Part shown: piece after piece, positions 1 through 9,485 of the stretch
Layout: each line of letters begins with the position of its first letter
Position numbering within the stretch: the stretch's first letter is position 1
Virus record (IMG/VR): IMGVR_UViG_3300023178_000019
Coordinates: 34,564 to 98,563 of that record
DNA length: 64,000 nucleotides
Source of the DNA: a virus
Reading direction: 5' to 3' (one strand)
Program-made: the position numbers and the translations under genes
Notes under the pieces: generated by a model
Seen by the model: the letters and a program-made list of their open reading frames with translations, nothing else
What the model was told of the DNA's origin: nothing
The model's database searches: none

Positions 1-3000
1 ATTTTATCATTTGGTTCAAAGATATATGGCTTCGCAAGTTGATTAAGTTGGCTACGTAAATAAACTACTAATCTTGCAACGTTAATTCTGTCTAGCGAAC
101 TTGCGCCTCTAGCACGAGTTTTCTGTCCAAAGTTAACAAGTCCTGCACCTGTAATAAACGTAATTGGGTTTACACCTTGTGCATATAATGTATCTCTTTG
201 TCCTTCATTTAGTGGTGTGCTTACAAATTCTCCTTCGCTGTTAATAAAGCCAGTTGAACTTGCATTGTTAATGCCGCCACGTCTTGTACCTGCTGGTGCA
301 AACCATGGATAGCTAACTTGGTCACTTAGTGCAATAGTTCTTAGCATCATGTGGCTTGGCGGAACAACAACATTGTTACCAAAGTTGTCGCTTGTAAAGC
401 CCCATGGATAAAACACACCTAAATATTCGTCATTAGTAACAAGACCATCGTCATTGTCTTCTACTGCTGCACGAACGTTTGTTGCCCATTCATTTAATGA
501 AGTAGCATCTGGTGTTAATCTTGCTGGCGAATCGCCAACTACAAATGCTGTTAATCCTCTATCAGCGTTAAGTGTTACTAGTTCGCCAATTAGTTCTGGA
601 TAACCTGGGCAAGATATTAAGTTAAATCTACGTGCATCTTCGTTGCGTATTTCGTCGTTTGAATTAACAACTGCTTGTAGTTTTTGTACAACAACTTTAC
701 GCTGTGCGTTGCGCCCAAAGCTGCCTGAACCATCTACATTGTTTGCACTTTCAGTTACCCAACGATCAGCAGCATAGTTTACCATCGATTCGTCACCAAA
801 GCGTAAGTTAACGTCTGTTGTATCAACATAATTCTTTTCGAAACGCTTAACATTAAATCCACTTCTGCGTGTATTGAATAGCAATGTTCCGCTTGGATAC
901 AATGCTGGATCTGGACAATCAGGATCTACATAATTTACTGCAAGCAAATCTGTAATATCTGCTGCTGTGTTTCCTGTTGCTCCACTTGACCCATAACGTG
1001 CATCTGCAAAAACAATACCGTTTTCTGTTGTTTGATCACCGTTGTCTACTAAAATCCAACGATCAGTACTTTTACGATATTTGTAAATTACTGGATAGTT
1101 TTCTAAGTCTGAAGTGTCAATCCATAAATCGCCTTCTACTAATGCACTACTACCATCTGATTGTGTAGTTGGTTGTGATGCACTTACAATAGGCCCGTTA
1201 GCATCTGTGCTATTGCTTAATGAATAAACTGGGCTGTCCGGATGTCTATATCCAACCCATTTGTTACCGTCATTGATCATAATGTCAACTTCATCAACAA
1301 TTGAGTTATACCATAGTGTTCCTGTTTCGGCAGTATTTGTTGGTTCGTTTTCTGATGCTGTGTAACTTAGTACTTCCCAATTACTTACTCTGTACTGAAC
1401 AGGATTACCTAATGAATTATCAATTCCTGGTTCGTCTGATACAAAGCGTGTTGAAGTACTAATACCTAATGCAGTAAGCATTGGCGCAAAACTACTTGCA
1501 ACATCAACAAATTTCATTTCGCCGCCTTGGCTATGTTTAATAACAACTGCATTGTTTTCATCAACTGATGCACTTACATACGGAATGTTTGCACTTGTAA
1601 TTGCTGCTGCAATAGCAATAGCAGTATCAGCTGCTGTTGACTGTGCTTCAACTTCAATTAGTCCTGGAACATCGCTGCTGAACACTGCTGAACCTGGTGA
1701 AGTTGCAGTAATTAACATTTTGTAAGTTTCACCATCTGTGAAGTTTGATAGTGTAATTGGTTGTGAAGAAACTTGAGTATTTCCAACTGTGCCTCTTTTA
1801 AATATTTTAAATGTACCTAACGGATCACTGTCTCCTGCAACATTTGATTGTACATATAAATCACCTATTTGTAAATTTGATCCGCCACCTGTTCTGTCTA
1901 GTTCAACTAGAGCAGATTCATTTGTTGGATAAATCGGTGCTTCAATAGAATCCCATAATTTAGTATCGTCATTCCATTGTCTAACTCTCCAGCGAGCACC
2001 ACCGTTTGGTGTAGTTGTTTTAAGCCATACACTTCCTGTTGGACGGCCATTATATGCAGTTCCTACTTTAAATGTGTCTGGAATTTGTGTGTGCTTACTA
2101 ATTTGTACTGCTGGAATTAAATAAGTTCCTGCATCAATATTTAAGAACTCTAAAACCGCTGTAGATGCATTTGAACCTGCTGCAAACTCTAATGATGTTG
2201 TTGAACTACCATCATTGTAAAATGCAATCTCTCCGCTTATTACGGCTGCTCTTATACCCGGAATTGATAGTCCGTTAATTGTTGCTGCTATGTCTGTAAC
2301 AGTTTCGCCAGTAGTAACAGTAATAACAGTTCCATTTAATACAAAAACGTCTGAGCCTTCATCTGTTGAATCGTCGCCAAATGTTGTACTTGTTTTGCTA
2401 CTAACTACAGTTGGAACGGCATCCTTCCAAGCAGTTGAACCTAGCTCAACCCAACCTGCGCTTGCTCTATACCAAACTTTGTTAAGAGTAGTTACAGCAA
2501 CGACTGCATAATCTCCAACTGAGCCAATTGAGCCTAGTGGTGTATAATCTTCGTTTTCGTAATCTATAACGTCTGATTGACTTGTAATAACAATAGGTGT
2601 TTGTGTTGTAAATGATTGTCCGCCTGTTATAGTTTCACTTGCATTATTCCATTCCTGGATACCAAATGCACTTGAACCAGTATCTAACCAATATGTTCCT
2701 GCATCTGGAAATGCTGTTGGAACTGATGATTGAGGAACTAGTTGTTTTAAGTCTATGTCGGCTCTTACAACCCATGCTCTGTTGCTTACACCTAAATATG
2801 AATAAGCTGCTTGTAATCCGTATTCACTTAATTCTGAACCGTGAATTGGATTATTGCTTGCATCAATTTGGAAAACTGGGTCGCCAAATGTTTCAGCTAG
2901 GTCACGTTGCGATGTCATTAAATAAGGCTTACCGGCATTTTCTGCTAGTGTACCTATCGCTGTTCCTGATCCTGAAGCATTTAGTTTGTTCTCTTGCGAT

Positions 3001-3095
3001 GCAACAAAAATTACTGGTACAGTTCCTGGTTCAGCGGGAGTGTAAAAACTCTCGTCTACTACGCTAACCTGTACACCTGGTGATACTAATGCCAT
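1..3095 (-). CDS. gp18: Contractile tail sheath protein (T4 gp18-like), 3' end beyond the window
   Basis: Not in the ORF track because it runs off the window edge. ATG at 3095 after AGGAG. Begins MALVSPGVQVSVVDESFY. Near position 1 it reads YPWGF...VPPSHM...WFAPAG..RGG...RINVARLVVYLRSQLNQLAKPYIFEPND, the typical sheath C-terminal motifs. More than 1030 codons. Confidence 0.93.
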   Translation of the reverse strand, partial: MALVSPGVQVSVVDESFYTPAEPGTVPVIFVASQENKLNASGSGTAIGTLAENAGKPYLMTSQRDLAETFGDPVFQIDASNNPIHGSELSEYGLQAAYSYLGVSNRAWVVRADIDLKQLVPQSSVPTAFPDAGTYWLDTGSSAFGIQEWNNASETITGGQSFTTQTPIVITSQSDVIDYENEDYTPLGSIGSVGDYAVVAVTTLNKVWYRASAGWVELGSTAWKDAVPTVVSSKTSTTFGDDSTDEGSDVFVLNGTVITVTTGETVTDIAATINGLSIPGIRAAVISGEIAFYNDGSSTTSLEFAAGSNASTAVLEFLNIDAGTYLIPAVQISKHTQIPDTFKVGTAYNGRPTGSVWLKTTTPNGGARWRVRQWNDDTKLWDSIEAPIYPTNESALVELDRTGGGSNLQIGDLYVQSNVAGDSDPLGTFKIFKRGTVGNTQVSSQPITLSNFTDGETYKMLITATSPGSAVFSSDVPGLIEVEAQSTAADTAIAIAAAITSANIPYVSASVDENNAVVIKHSQGGEMKFVDVASSFAPMLTALGISTSTRFVSDEPGIDNSLGNPVQYRVSNWEVLSYTASENEPTNTAETGTLWYNSIVDEVDIMINDGNKWVGYRHPDSPVYSLSNSTDANGPIVSASQPTTQSDGSSALVEGDLWIDTSDLENYPVIYKYRKSTDRWILVDNGDQTTENGIVFADARYGSSGATGNTAADITDLLAVNYVDPDCPDPALYPSGTLLFNTRRSGFNVKRFEKNYVDTTDVNLRFGDESMVNYAADRWVTESANNVDGSGSFGRNAQRKVVVQKLQAVVNSNDEIRNEDARRFNLISCPGYPELIGELVTLNADRGLTAFVVGDSPARLTPDATSLNEWATNVRAAVEDNDDGLVTNDEYLGVFYPWGFTSDNFGNNVVVPPSHMMLRTIALSDQVSYPWFAPAGTRRGGINNASSTGFINSEGEFVSTPLNEGQRDTLYAQGVNPITFITGAGLVNFGQKTRARGASSLDRINVARLVVYLRSQLNQLAKPYIFEPNDK

Positions 3096-3208
3096 TTTAA
3101 TCTCCTGTTGGATAGTGTATTGTTTATTACATGTATTTACCAATTAAAAGAAAAAACTCTGTGCAAATACCCCCGAAAAAGGGACCGAAAAGGTGAGGTA
3201 AATACAGT

Positions 3209-3544
3209 ATGCGACCATTATGTAAATGCGGACAGCGTCCGGCAGCTATAAATTATAAAAAAGGAAACAAAATTTACTATCGTAAATTGTGTGAGACGTG
3301 CCTACGCAACGGATTAGGACACGGAATACCAAAATGGAAGCAAGCAGGATATATTAAAAAAGATACTTGTGAAAAATGTGGTTATACAAGCAAGCATCAA
3401 GAACAGTTTAACGTGTTTCATATTGACGGCAACTTAGAAAATTGCCGTCCTAGCAATTTAAAAACAGTGTGTGCTAACTGTCAACGTATTCTGCAAAAAA
3501 CTGGGGTGCAGTGGAAACAGGGAGACTTAATCCCTGATTTTTAA
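3209..3544 (+). CDS. Small Zn-binding HNH-like protein
   Basis: Several CxC/CxxC pairs and VFHIDGNLENCRPSNLKTVCANCQ, an HNH-like motif with the last His replaced by Gln. TAAATA lies 4 nt upstream of the ATG. Confidence 0.7.
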   Translation: MRPLCKCGQRPAAINYKKGNKIYYRKLCETCLRNGLGHGIPKWKQAGYIKKDTCEKCGYTSKHQEQFNVFHIDGNLENCRPSNLKTVCANCQRILQKTGVQWKQGDLIPDF

Positions 3545-4034
3545 AAATAGTACGCATTAGCATTGCTACATTCTTTTCTAGACGCTTTAGATCGCCGTTG
3601 TTGTCAATTGTGTAATCACACATCCATTGTTCAATTGTCATTGAATTGTTATCTTCATGCGGCAAGTGGTCTGAACGATCTACCCAAATAGCATAATCAA
3701 AAATTTCTTCGTTTTGCATTGCAAAAAATTCACGTTTGTTGCGAAGTCCGCAGTATATGTCATGTTCTGCAAATAAATTACGTCCTAGTCTAGCAAGATC
3801 ATCTTTACAATAATCATGTATCATGTCATACCATAGTTTACGATGATTGTGCCTATCTGCATAACATTCTTCTTCGTCAGTATAACTGTACTTGTCTTTT
3901 AATTCATCAAAAATAAACAATTCACTACAAAATTTAGAACTAGACTGAAATGAATATCCGTAAAGTTCTAGCATTTCGCAAACAGTGTCTTTGCCGTGTC
4001 TGCCGTGTCCTACAACAAGTAGTTTAGGTAACAT
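3474..4034 (-). CDS. P-loop deoxynucleoside monophosphate kinase-like protein (T4 gp1-like)
   Basis: N-terminal P-loop GHGRHGKDT, C-terminal DYTIDNNGDL, GGAG RBS and its own sigma70 promoter. Confidence 0.72.
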   Translation of the reverse strand: MLPKLLVVGHGRHGKDTVCEMLELYGYSFQSSSKFCSELFIFDELKDKYSYTDEEECYADRHNHRKLWYDMIHDYCKDDLARLGRNLFAEHDIYCGLRNKREFFAMQNEEIFDYAIWVDRSDHLPHEDNNSMTIEQWMCDYTIDNNGDLKRLEKNVAMLMRTIFKNQGLSLPVSTAPQFFAEYVDS

Positions 4035-4061
4035 TAATTAATCTCCACATAGTATAATTTT

Positions 4062-4090
4062 ATTATATGTTATTAATGATATTTTGTCAA
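4062..4090 (-). promoter_or_regulatory. Consensus sigma70 (early) promoter for the kinase gene
   Basis: Minus strand TTGACA (4090-4085), 17-nt spacer, TATAAT (4067-4062). Confidence 0.85.
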
Positions 4091-4096
4091 CCTATA

Positions 4097-4309
4097 TTAC
4101 CACTTAGCAACACTTTTCAACCGTTTTTGTGAACGAATAGCATCCATAATACGAAGTATTTGTTTCTTTTTATTGCCAGGGCGATCATAATGATTTTTTG
4201 ATGCCCAAGTTTGATCTGCTTCTAGTTGTTCAGCAAACTTTTCACCTAACAACTTTTCTAAGTACGATAAGTCCTCATTACTTAGGTCTTGTATCTTCCG
4301 TGAAACCAT
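4097..4309 (-). CDS. Hypothetical protein (70 aa; start re-called from 4411 to 4309)
   Basis: MVSRKIQDLS... preceded by GGAGAG. The longer start would overlap the upstream gene extensively. Confidence 0.6.
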   Translation of the reverse strand: MVSRKIQDLSNEDLSYLEKLLGEKFAEQLEADQTWASKNHYDRPGNKKKQILRIMDAIRSQKRLKSVAKW

Positions 4310-4499
4310 TCTGTCTATCTCTCCATGCTTGTTCGAACTGTTCTGCATAGTCGTACAAAGGTGCACCATTGCAACCGTCATACCATAGACGTTTGAAATA
4401 ACCTTCTGCACTTGCTACTACTGTTTCTGGGGTGGCGTCAAGGTGGCCCTTGACCATGTAAAATAATCTGTACTCTTCTTTAAGATCATTTCTTAACAT
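4278..4499 (-). CDS. Hypothetical protein (73 aa)
   Basis: Plausible phage-like sequence. Minus-strand TAAATA lies 4 nt before the ATG. Confidence 0.65.
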   Translation of the reverse strand: MLRNDLKEEYRLFYMVKGHLDATPETVVASAEGYFKRLWYDGCNGAPLYDYAEQFEQAWRDRQNGFTEDTRPK

Positions 4500-4547
4500 A
4501 CAGTATTTACATTACTGTTACATTTAGTGCGCTAACATTGGGGTATT

Positions 4548-5297
4548 TTAGCCGATTGTAAATCCGTAACCTACGCCACCAGCAACTTGCTGAATTACAT
4601 CTTGCTCTAGTTTTTCCATTTCTTGCATTGCTTCATTTTTAAGATCATTACCATTAAGGGTTGACCCACCTTGTGGTCCTGCAATAGTAGCAAACTTTGA
4701 ACGTGCTTCGCCTAACATATATTTACAGTTTGCCAAAGTATAATCTTTAATCCACTGCTTTGCTAGATAATCATCAAGTAGTTGCTCGTCTGGACGATAA
4801 TTGTACGCCATGAGCATTAGTGTTTCGTCTGTTCTCGGACGCTGTAATAATGTAAGTTTATGTGTTGTAGGATTCCATTTGAATTCGATGAACGATCCAA
4901 ACATACGTCCTACAAGTTCTTGGTATTGGCTAAACAAATCATATGTTGCTAGTCCTCCCATATTAGATGAACTTAACAGATATGTGTTAGTGTACGCAAG
5001 GTTAAATGGTTCAAACAAAGTGCCGCCGTCTCCGCCGCCTGTTCTTGATCCAATTGATCTACGAAAGATTCTTCGAACTTCAATAACTTCGTTTGGAAGT
5101 GTGTATTCATTTGTATCTTCCATAGTTTCCATAAACAAATACGATTCTTCTACACTGTTATCTGAACGCTGTCTAAATTTAGTTAATGATTTAACTAAAG
5201 CAGTTTCATAATGGATAGGATCTAGTTCGACATCGACCATGCCGCCGCCTAGCATTGCGTGGACGTAGTCAAATATTTCTTGTTTTTGTGTAGCCAT
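4548..5297 (-). CDS. gp13: Neck protein (T4 gp13-like)
   Basis: LGGGMVDVELD at the N-terminus and WIKDYTLA..KYMLGEARSKF...GPQGG..LNG near the C-terminus. Adjacent to gp14/gp15-like genes. Confidence 0.8.
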   Translation of the reverse strand: MATQKQEIFDYVHAMLGGGMVDVELDPIHYETALVKSLTKFRQRSDNSVEESYLFMETMEDTNEYTLPNEVIEVRRIFRRSIGSRTGGGDGGTLFEPFNLAYTNTYLLSSSNMGGLATYDLFSQYQELVGRMFGSFIEFKWNPTTHKLTLLQRPRTDETLMLMAYNYRPDEQLLDDYLAKQWIKDYTLANCKYMLGEARSKFATIAGPQGGSTLNGNDLKNEAMQEMEKLEQDVIQQVAGGVGYGFTIG

Positions 5298-5343
5298 ATA
5301 TAAAGTTCTCCGATATAGTATTTATCTTTCGATAAATATGTGT

Positions 5344-6447
5344 ATGCCAAGACTTAGCTTATATAAACCCGAACGTGGTAACGATTTTAACTTCCTAGAT
5401 AAACAAATTCTAGAGATGTTTACTGTTGGTGGTACAGACATACATGTATACAAATATATCGGTACTGATGACGGAACAACCGTTAAAGATCATACTCAAA
5501 TACAAGATTTAATGTTTCTTGAAAATCGAGATAGAAAATACGATCAAGATATTTACAGACTTAGAGGCATATACAATGTACAAGATCAAGATTTTGATTT
5601 AAGTCAGTTTGGTTTGTTTTTAAGCAACGACACATTGTTTATGACAGTTCATATACGCAGCAGTGTTGAAACTATTGGTAGAAAAATTATGCCTGGTGAT
5701 GTATTTGAGTTGCCGCATTTAATAGATGAATATGCAGAAAATGATGCCAGTGTTGCTCTTAAAAGATTCTACGTTGTAGAAGATATTAATCGTGCTGCTG
5801 AAGGATTTTCACAAACATGGTATCCGCACTTATATCGTGTAAAACTAAAACAAATATACGACGGACAAGAATATAAAGATATTTTAGATTTACCAGCAAG
5901 TGAAGATGCGCCCGATGGAGATACTTTAAGAGATATATTATCTACATACGAAAGAGAAATGAATATTACTACAGGAGTAATACAAGAAGCAACAGAAGAA
6001 ACTCAAAAAAGCGGATATGATATCAGTCATTACTTTTCAGTATCCGTTGACGACAACGGTATAGTAGAATTAACTGAAACAAAAGACGCAGACGGTTTAT
6101 CCGAGATGGCGCCGCCTGATAGAGCAGGATACAAAGGATATATTATTGGTGATTCTATTTCACCTAATGGAGAAGCATTTGGCTTTGGAGTTCAGTTTCC
6201 GGCAGAGCCAGAAACTAATGATTATTTTTTAAGAACAGATTTTTTACCTAATAGATTGTTTCAATTTAGAAATAATAAATGGAACAAAATTTACGATGTT
6301 AAACGTGCATTTGTTTACGGTGCAGATGAAACTAATACCCAGCGTGGCACATTTATTAATAATACCAATACTAATAATATAGGTGGCGAAGTAACCGAAG
6401 AAAGACAAAGTATTTCTCAAGCACTAAAACCTAAGGCGGATAACTAA
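5344..6447 (+). CDS. gp14: Neck/head-completion protein (T4 gp14-like) with C-terminal extension
   Basis: FDLSQFGLFLSND..F....PGDVFELPHL motif and position between gp13 and gp15. Start placed at MPRLSLY, 5 nt after TAAATA. Confidence 0.7.
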   Translation: MPRLSLYKPERGNDFNFLDKQILEMFTVGGTDIHVYKYIGTDDGTTVKDHTQIQDLMFLENRDRKYDQDIYRLRGIYNVQDQDFDLSQFGLFLSNDTLFMTVHIRSSVETIGRKIMPGDVFELPHLIDEYAENDASVALKRFYVVEDINRAAEGFSQTWYPHLYRVKLKQIYDGQEYKDILDLPASEDAPDGDTLRDILSTYEREMNITTGVIQEATEETQKSGYDISHYFSVSVDDNGIVELTETKDADGLSEMAPPDRAGYKGYIIGDSISPNGEAFGFGVQFPAEPETNDYFLRTDFLPNRLFQFRNNKWNKIYDVKRAFVYGADETNTQRGTFINNTNTNNIGGEVTEERQSISQALKPKADN

Positions 6448-7871
6448 TGCAACATTTTTATGATGGACAAATACGTAGATATCTTACACAAATAGTTAGA
6501 TTGTTTGGACAATTTAGTTATAAAGACGGTAAGGGTAGACTAGTACAAGTTCCAGTTACATACGGCGACTTAACAAGACAAGTAGGAAGTATCCTTAGAG
6601 ATAATTCTGAAAATAAAATTCCTAGCGCACCAAGAATGGCTGTGTATATAACCGGACTAGAAATGGATACTTCACGTCTAGCAGATAGCAGTTATGTTAA
6701 TAAGCTAAACATTAGAGAACGTGCATATGATGTAGACGGCCAAGAATATTTAAATAAAGCAGGTAAAAATTATACAGTAGAACGTATAATGCCAACCCCT
6801 TATACTCTTACTGTAAACGTAGACATATGGACTACTAATACGGATCAAAAATTACAAATACTTGAACAAATTTTTATGTTGTTTAATCCTAGTTTAGAAA
6901 TACAAACAACAGACAATTATATCGATTGGACTAGTTTAAGTGTTTTAAATATAGATAACATAAACTTTAGTAGTAGAAGTATACCAACTGGTACTGAAAG
7001 TGAAATTGATGTTGCTTCGATTAGTTTAACAACACCTATCTTTATTAGTCCTCCTGCAAAAGTTAAAAAATTAGGAGTTATTAGTAAAATAATTACAGCA
7101 GTATTTGCAGATCACGGATTAGAAGTTAATATAGACGAAACTGCTTACACACAAAGTTTAGTTGAACAAAAAATTAAAGAGAACGAAGAAACAGACAAAG
7201 TTAATAGTCAACCAGATGAAGCATTGACTAATGAAAGTGCATTAGTAGTAACTACATATCAAGATTATGGATTAGAAGTGTTTGATGGTGTTGCAAGATT
7301 ATTAAAGAATGGTGTTAATCGAAACGATACATGGACTGCTTGGAACATTGCGCAACCATTTACATTTGAACCTGGAATTACACAATTACGATTACAACGT
7401 GCAAACGGTTTAGAAATAGTATTTACTATTGATAGTATTGATACTACAGACGAAACACGACTTATACTAAATGCTCCTGATGCAGAAACATTACCAGCAG
7501 ATTCTGTTATACCAGGTCCTGCTGGTGACAAAACATATGTTGATTATATTATAGATCCACTAAGATTTGATCCAATGCAATCGCAATCAAATAATAGACT
7601 TTTATTATTAGGTAGTATAGGTGATCCTAATAATACTAATGGCGCTCTGGCATGGAAGAATTCAGATAACTCAGATTTTGTAGCAAGTGAAAATGATATT
7701 GTAGAATGGGACGGTTCACGCTGGCACATTGTTTTTGATGCTAGTGAAGAAACTAACGAAGCATTTGTAACTAATCTAAACACACAAACACAATACAAAT
7801 GGACAGGCGAGTATTGGATACTCTCTTATGAAGGAGAATATCCAAATGGCTCTTGGAGGTTTACATACTAA
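6447..7871 (+). CDS. gp15: Tail sheath stabiliser/tail terminator (T4 gp15-like) with C-terminal extension
   Basis: MQHFYDGQIRRY, VPVTYG, PRMAV, PTPYTL.V.VDIW, QILEQI..LFNP. Start overlaps the upstream stop (TAATG). Confidence 0.8.
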   Translation: MQHFYDGQIRRYLTQIVRLFGQFSYKDGKGRLVQVPVTYGDLTRQVGSILRDNSENKIPSAPRMAVYITGLEMDTSRLADSSYVNKLNIRERAYDVDGQEYLNKAGKNYTVERIMPTPYTLTVNVDIWTTNTDQKLQILEQIFMLFNPSLEIQTTDNYIDWTSLSVLNIDNINFSSRSIPTGTESEIDVASISLTTPIFISPPAKVKKLGVISKIITAVFADHGLEVNIDETAYTQSLVEQKIKENEETDKVNSQPDEALTNESALVVTTYQDYGLEVFDGVARLLKNGVNRNDTWTAWNIAQPFTFEPGITQLRLQRANGLEIVFTIDSIDTTDETRLILNAPDAETLPADSVIPGPAGDKTYVDYIIDPLRFDPMQSQSNNRLLLLGSIGDPNNTNGALAWKNSDNSDFVASENDIVEWDGSRWHIVFDASEETNEAFVTNLNTQTQYKWTGEYWILSYEGEYPNGSWRFTY

Positions 7872-7884
7872 GATAATTATTAGT

Positions 7885-8316
7885 ATGAAAGACATTATTT
7901 GTAGTGGTGCATTAATTTATTCTCTAAAGTCTAAAATGTTTCTATTTCTGCATAGAGCAAACGGAAGCCGTAATAATGTTTGGGGCTTAGTTGGTGGAAC
8001 TAACGAAGGTTTAGAAACACCCTGGGAAGGTTTGCGCAGAGAAATTGAAGAAGAAATAGGCTCTATAAATATAAAGAAAACTATTCCTTTAGAAACATTT
8101 GTATCTAACGATTCTAAGTTCCAGTTCCATACATATCTTTGCGTTATCGAAGATATTTTTATTCCTAAACTTAATAACGAGCATGACGGATTTGCTTGGG
8201 TAGAATTTAGTAAATGGCCGAAACCTTTACACTCAGGTTTGCAAAGCACTCTCAATAGAAAAAGTAATATTACTAAATTAAAAACAGTAATCGAAGTAAT
8301 AGATTTACTTGACTAA
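7885..8316 (+). CDS. NUDIX hydrolase
   Basis: Nudix box GGTNEGLETPWEGLRREIEEEIG. Start re-called to MKDIICSG (7885). Confidence 0.85.
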   Translation: MKDIICSGALIYSLKSKMFLFLHRANGSRNNVWGLVGGTNEGLETPWEGLRREIEEEIGSINIKKTIPLETFVSNDSKFQFHTYLCVIEDIFIPKLNNEHDGFAWVEFSKWPKPLHSGLQSTLNRKSNITKLKTVIEVIDLLD

Positions 8317-8337
8317 TAATCATAAAGGTAGTATAAT
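8309..8337 (+). promoter_or_regulatory. Near-consensus sigma70 (early) promoter for the heptose operon
   Basis: TTGACT (8309-8314), 17-nt spacer, TATAAT (8332-8337). The hldE ATG follows 5 nt later. Confidence 0.8.
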
Positions 8338-8342
8338 AAATT

Positions 8343-9485
8343 ATGTCTAAAGTATTAGTTATTGGTGATTTAATAAATGATAGGTATATTTTTGGTTCTT
8401 CGACTAGGTTAAGTCCTGAAGCACCTGTACCTATTGTAAGTCAGGATCGTATAGAAGAATTTCTTGGTGGCGCAGGACTTGTTTATAACAACTTAAAAAG
8501 TTTAGGCGTCGATGCAACTTTATTAGAATACGACGATCCAAAAAGTGAAAAAACTCGTGTAATCTGTGATGGCCATTATGTTACAAGAATAGACGACGAT
8601 CGTTATGCTAACGGATTAGATATTTACAATGATATTAAAAAATTAGATTTATCTAATTTTGAATATGTTATTCTTAGCGATTACAATAAAGGTGTATTAG
8701 AATATTCAAAAGATATTATTGCACATCTTAATAGTTTTGATTGTAAAGTTATTGTAGATCCTAAACGCCACGTTAGTTGTTATGACGGGGCTTGGTTAGT
8801 AAAACCTAATTACAAAGAATACAAAGAATTAGGGTTTGAAAAATGGGACGGTAATATAATTGTCACTAATTCTAGTAAAACTACTACTGCTGAATTTGAT
8901 TTAAAACGTTATGTTTCGCAACCTGAACCTTTAGAAGTTAATGATGTAACCGGAGCCGGAGATTGTTTTCTTGCTGCATTTGTTTATGCGCTAACTAAAG
9001 GGTATGATTATCAAAAAGCATTAGATTTAGCAAATAGAGGATCAACTGAAAGTGTAAAACACGTAGGTACATATATTCTTACTGAAAAAGACTTGAATAA
9101 ACGTATTGTTTTTACTAACGGATGTTTTGATGTATTGCACAAAGGTCATCTTACATTACTAAAAGAAGCTCGCAGTTTAGGTGATAAACTTGTAGTAGGA
9201 CTGAATAGTGACGGTAGTGTAAAACGCTTAAAGGGAGACAACAGACCGTTTAACGATCTTGAAACAAGACGAGAACAATTAGAACTTATTCCGTATGTAG
9301 ACGAAGTTATTGTATTTCATGAAGATACGCCATATGAGCTTATTAAAGAACTAAAGCCAGACTTAATTGTTAAAGGTGGAGACTATACTGTAGAAGAAAT
9401 TGTAGGACATGATTTAGCACCTGTGCATATTGTACCTACAGTACAAGGTTACAGTACAACAAAAATTTTAGAGGCGTCTGTATGA
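8343..9485 (+). CDS. hldE: Bifunctional D-glycero-D-manno-heptose-7-phosphate kinase / heptose-1-phosphate adenylyltransferase
   Basis: PfkB kinase domain (RLSPEAPVP, LSDYNKG, DVTGAGD) fused to a cytidylyltransferase-like domain (FTNGCFDVLHKGH, GLNSD.SVKRLKG..RP, KGGDY, STT). Confidence 0.93.
   Translation: MSKVLVIGDLINDRYIFGSSTRLSPEAPVPIVSQDRIEEFLGGAGLVYNNLKSLGVDATLLEYDDPKSEKTRVICDGHYVTRIDDDRYANGLDIYNDIKKLDLSNFEYVILSDYNKGVLEYSKDIIAHLNSFDCKVIVDPKRHVSCYDGAWLVKPNYKEYKELGFEKWDGNIIVTNSSKTTTAEFDLKRYVSQPEPLEVNDVTGAGDCFLAAFVYALTKGYDYQKALDLANRGSTESVKHVGTYILTEKDLNKRIVFTNGCFDVLHKGHLTLLKEARSLGDKLVVGLNSDGSVKRLKGDNRPFNDLETRREQLELIPYVDEVIVFHEDTPYELIKELKPDLIVKGGDYTVEEIVGHDLAPVHIVPTVQGYSTTKILEASV

Noticed and set aside
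977-3067. Three plus-strand ORFs from the track
   Set aside because: Antisense to the tail sheath gene, which the track missed because it runs off the window.
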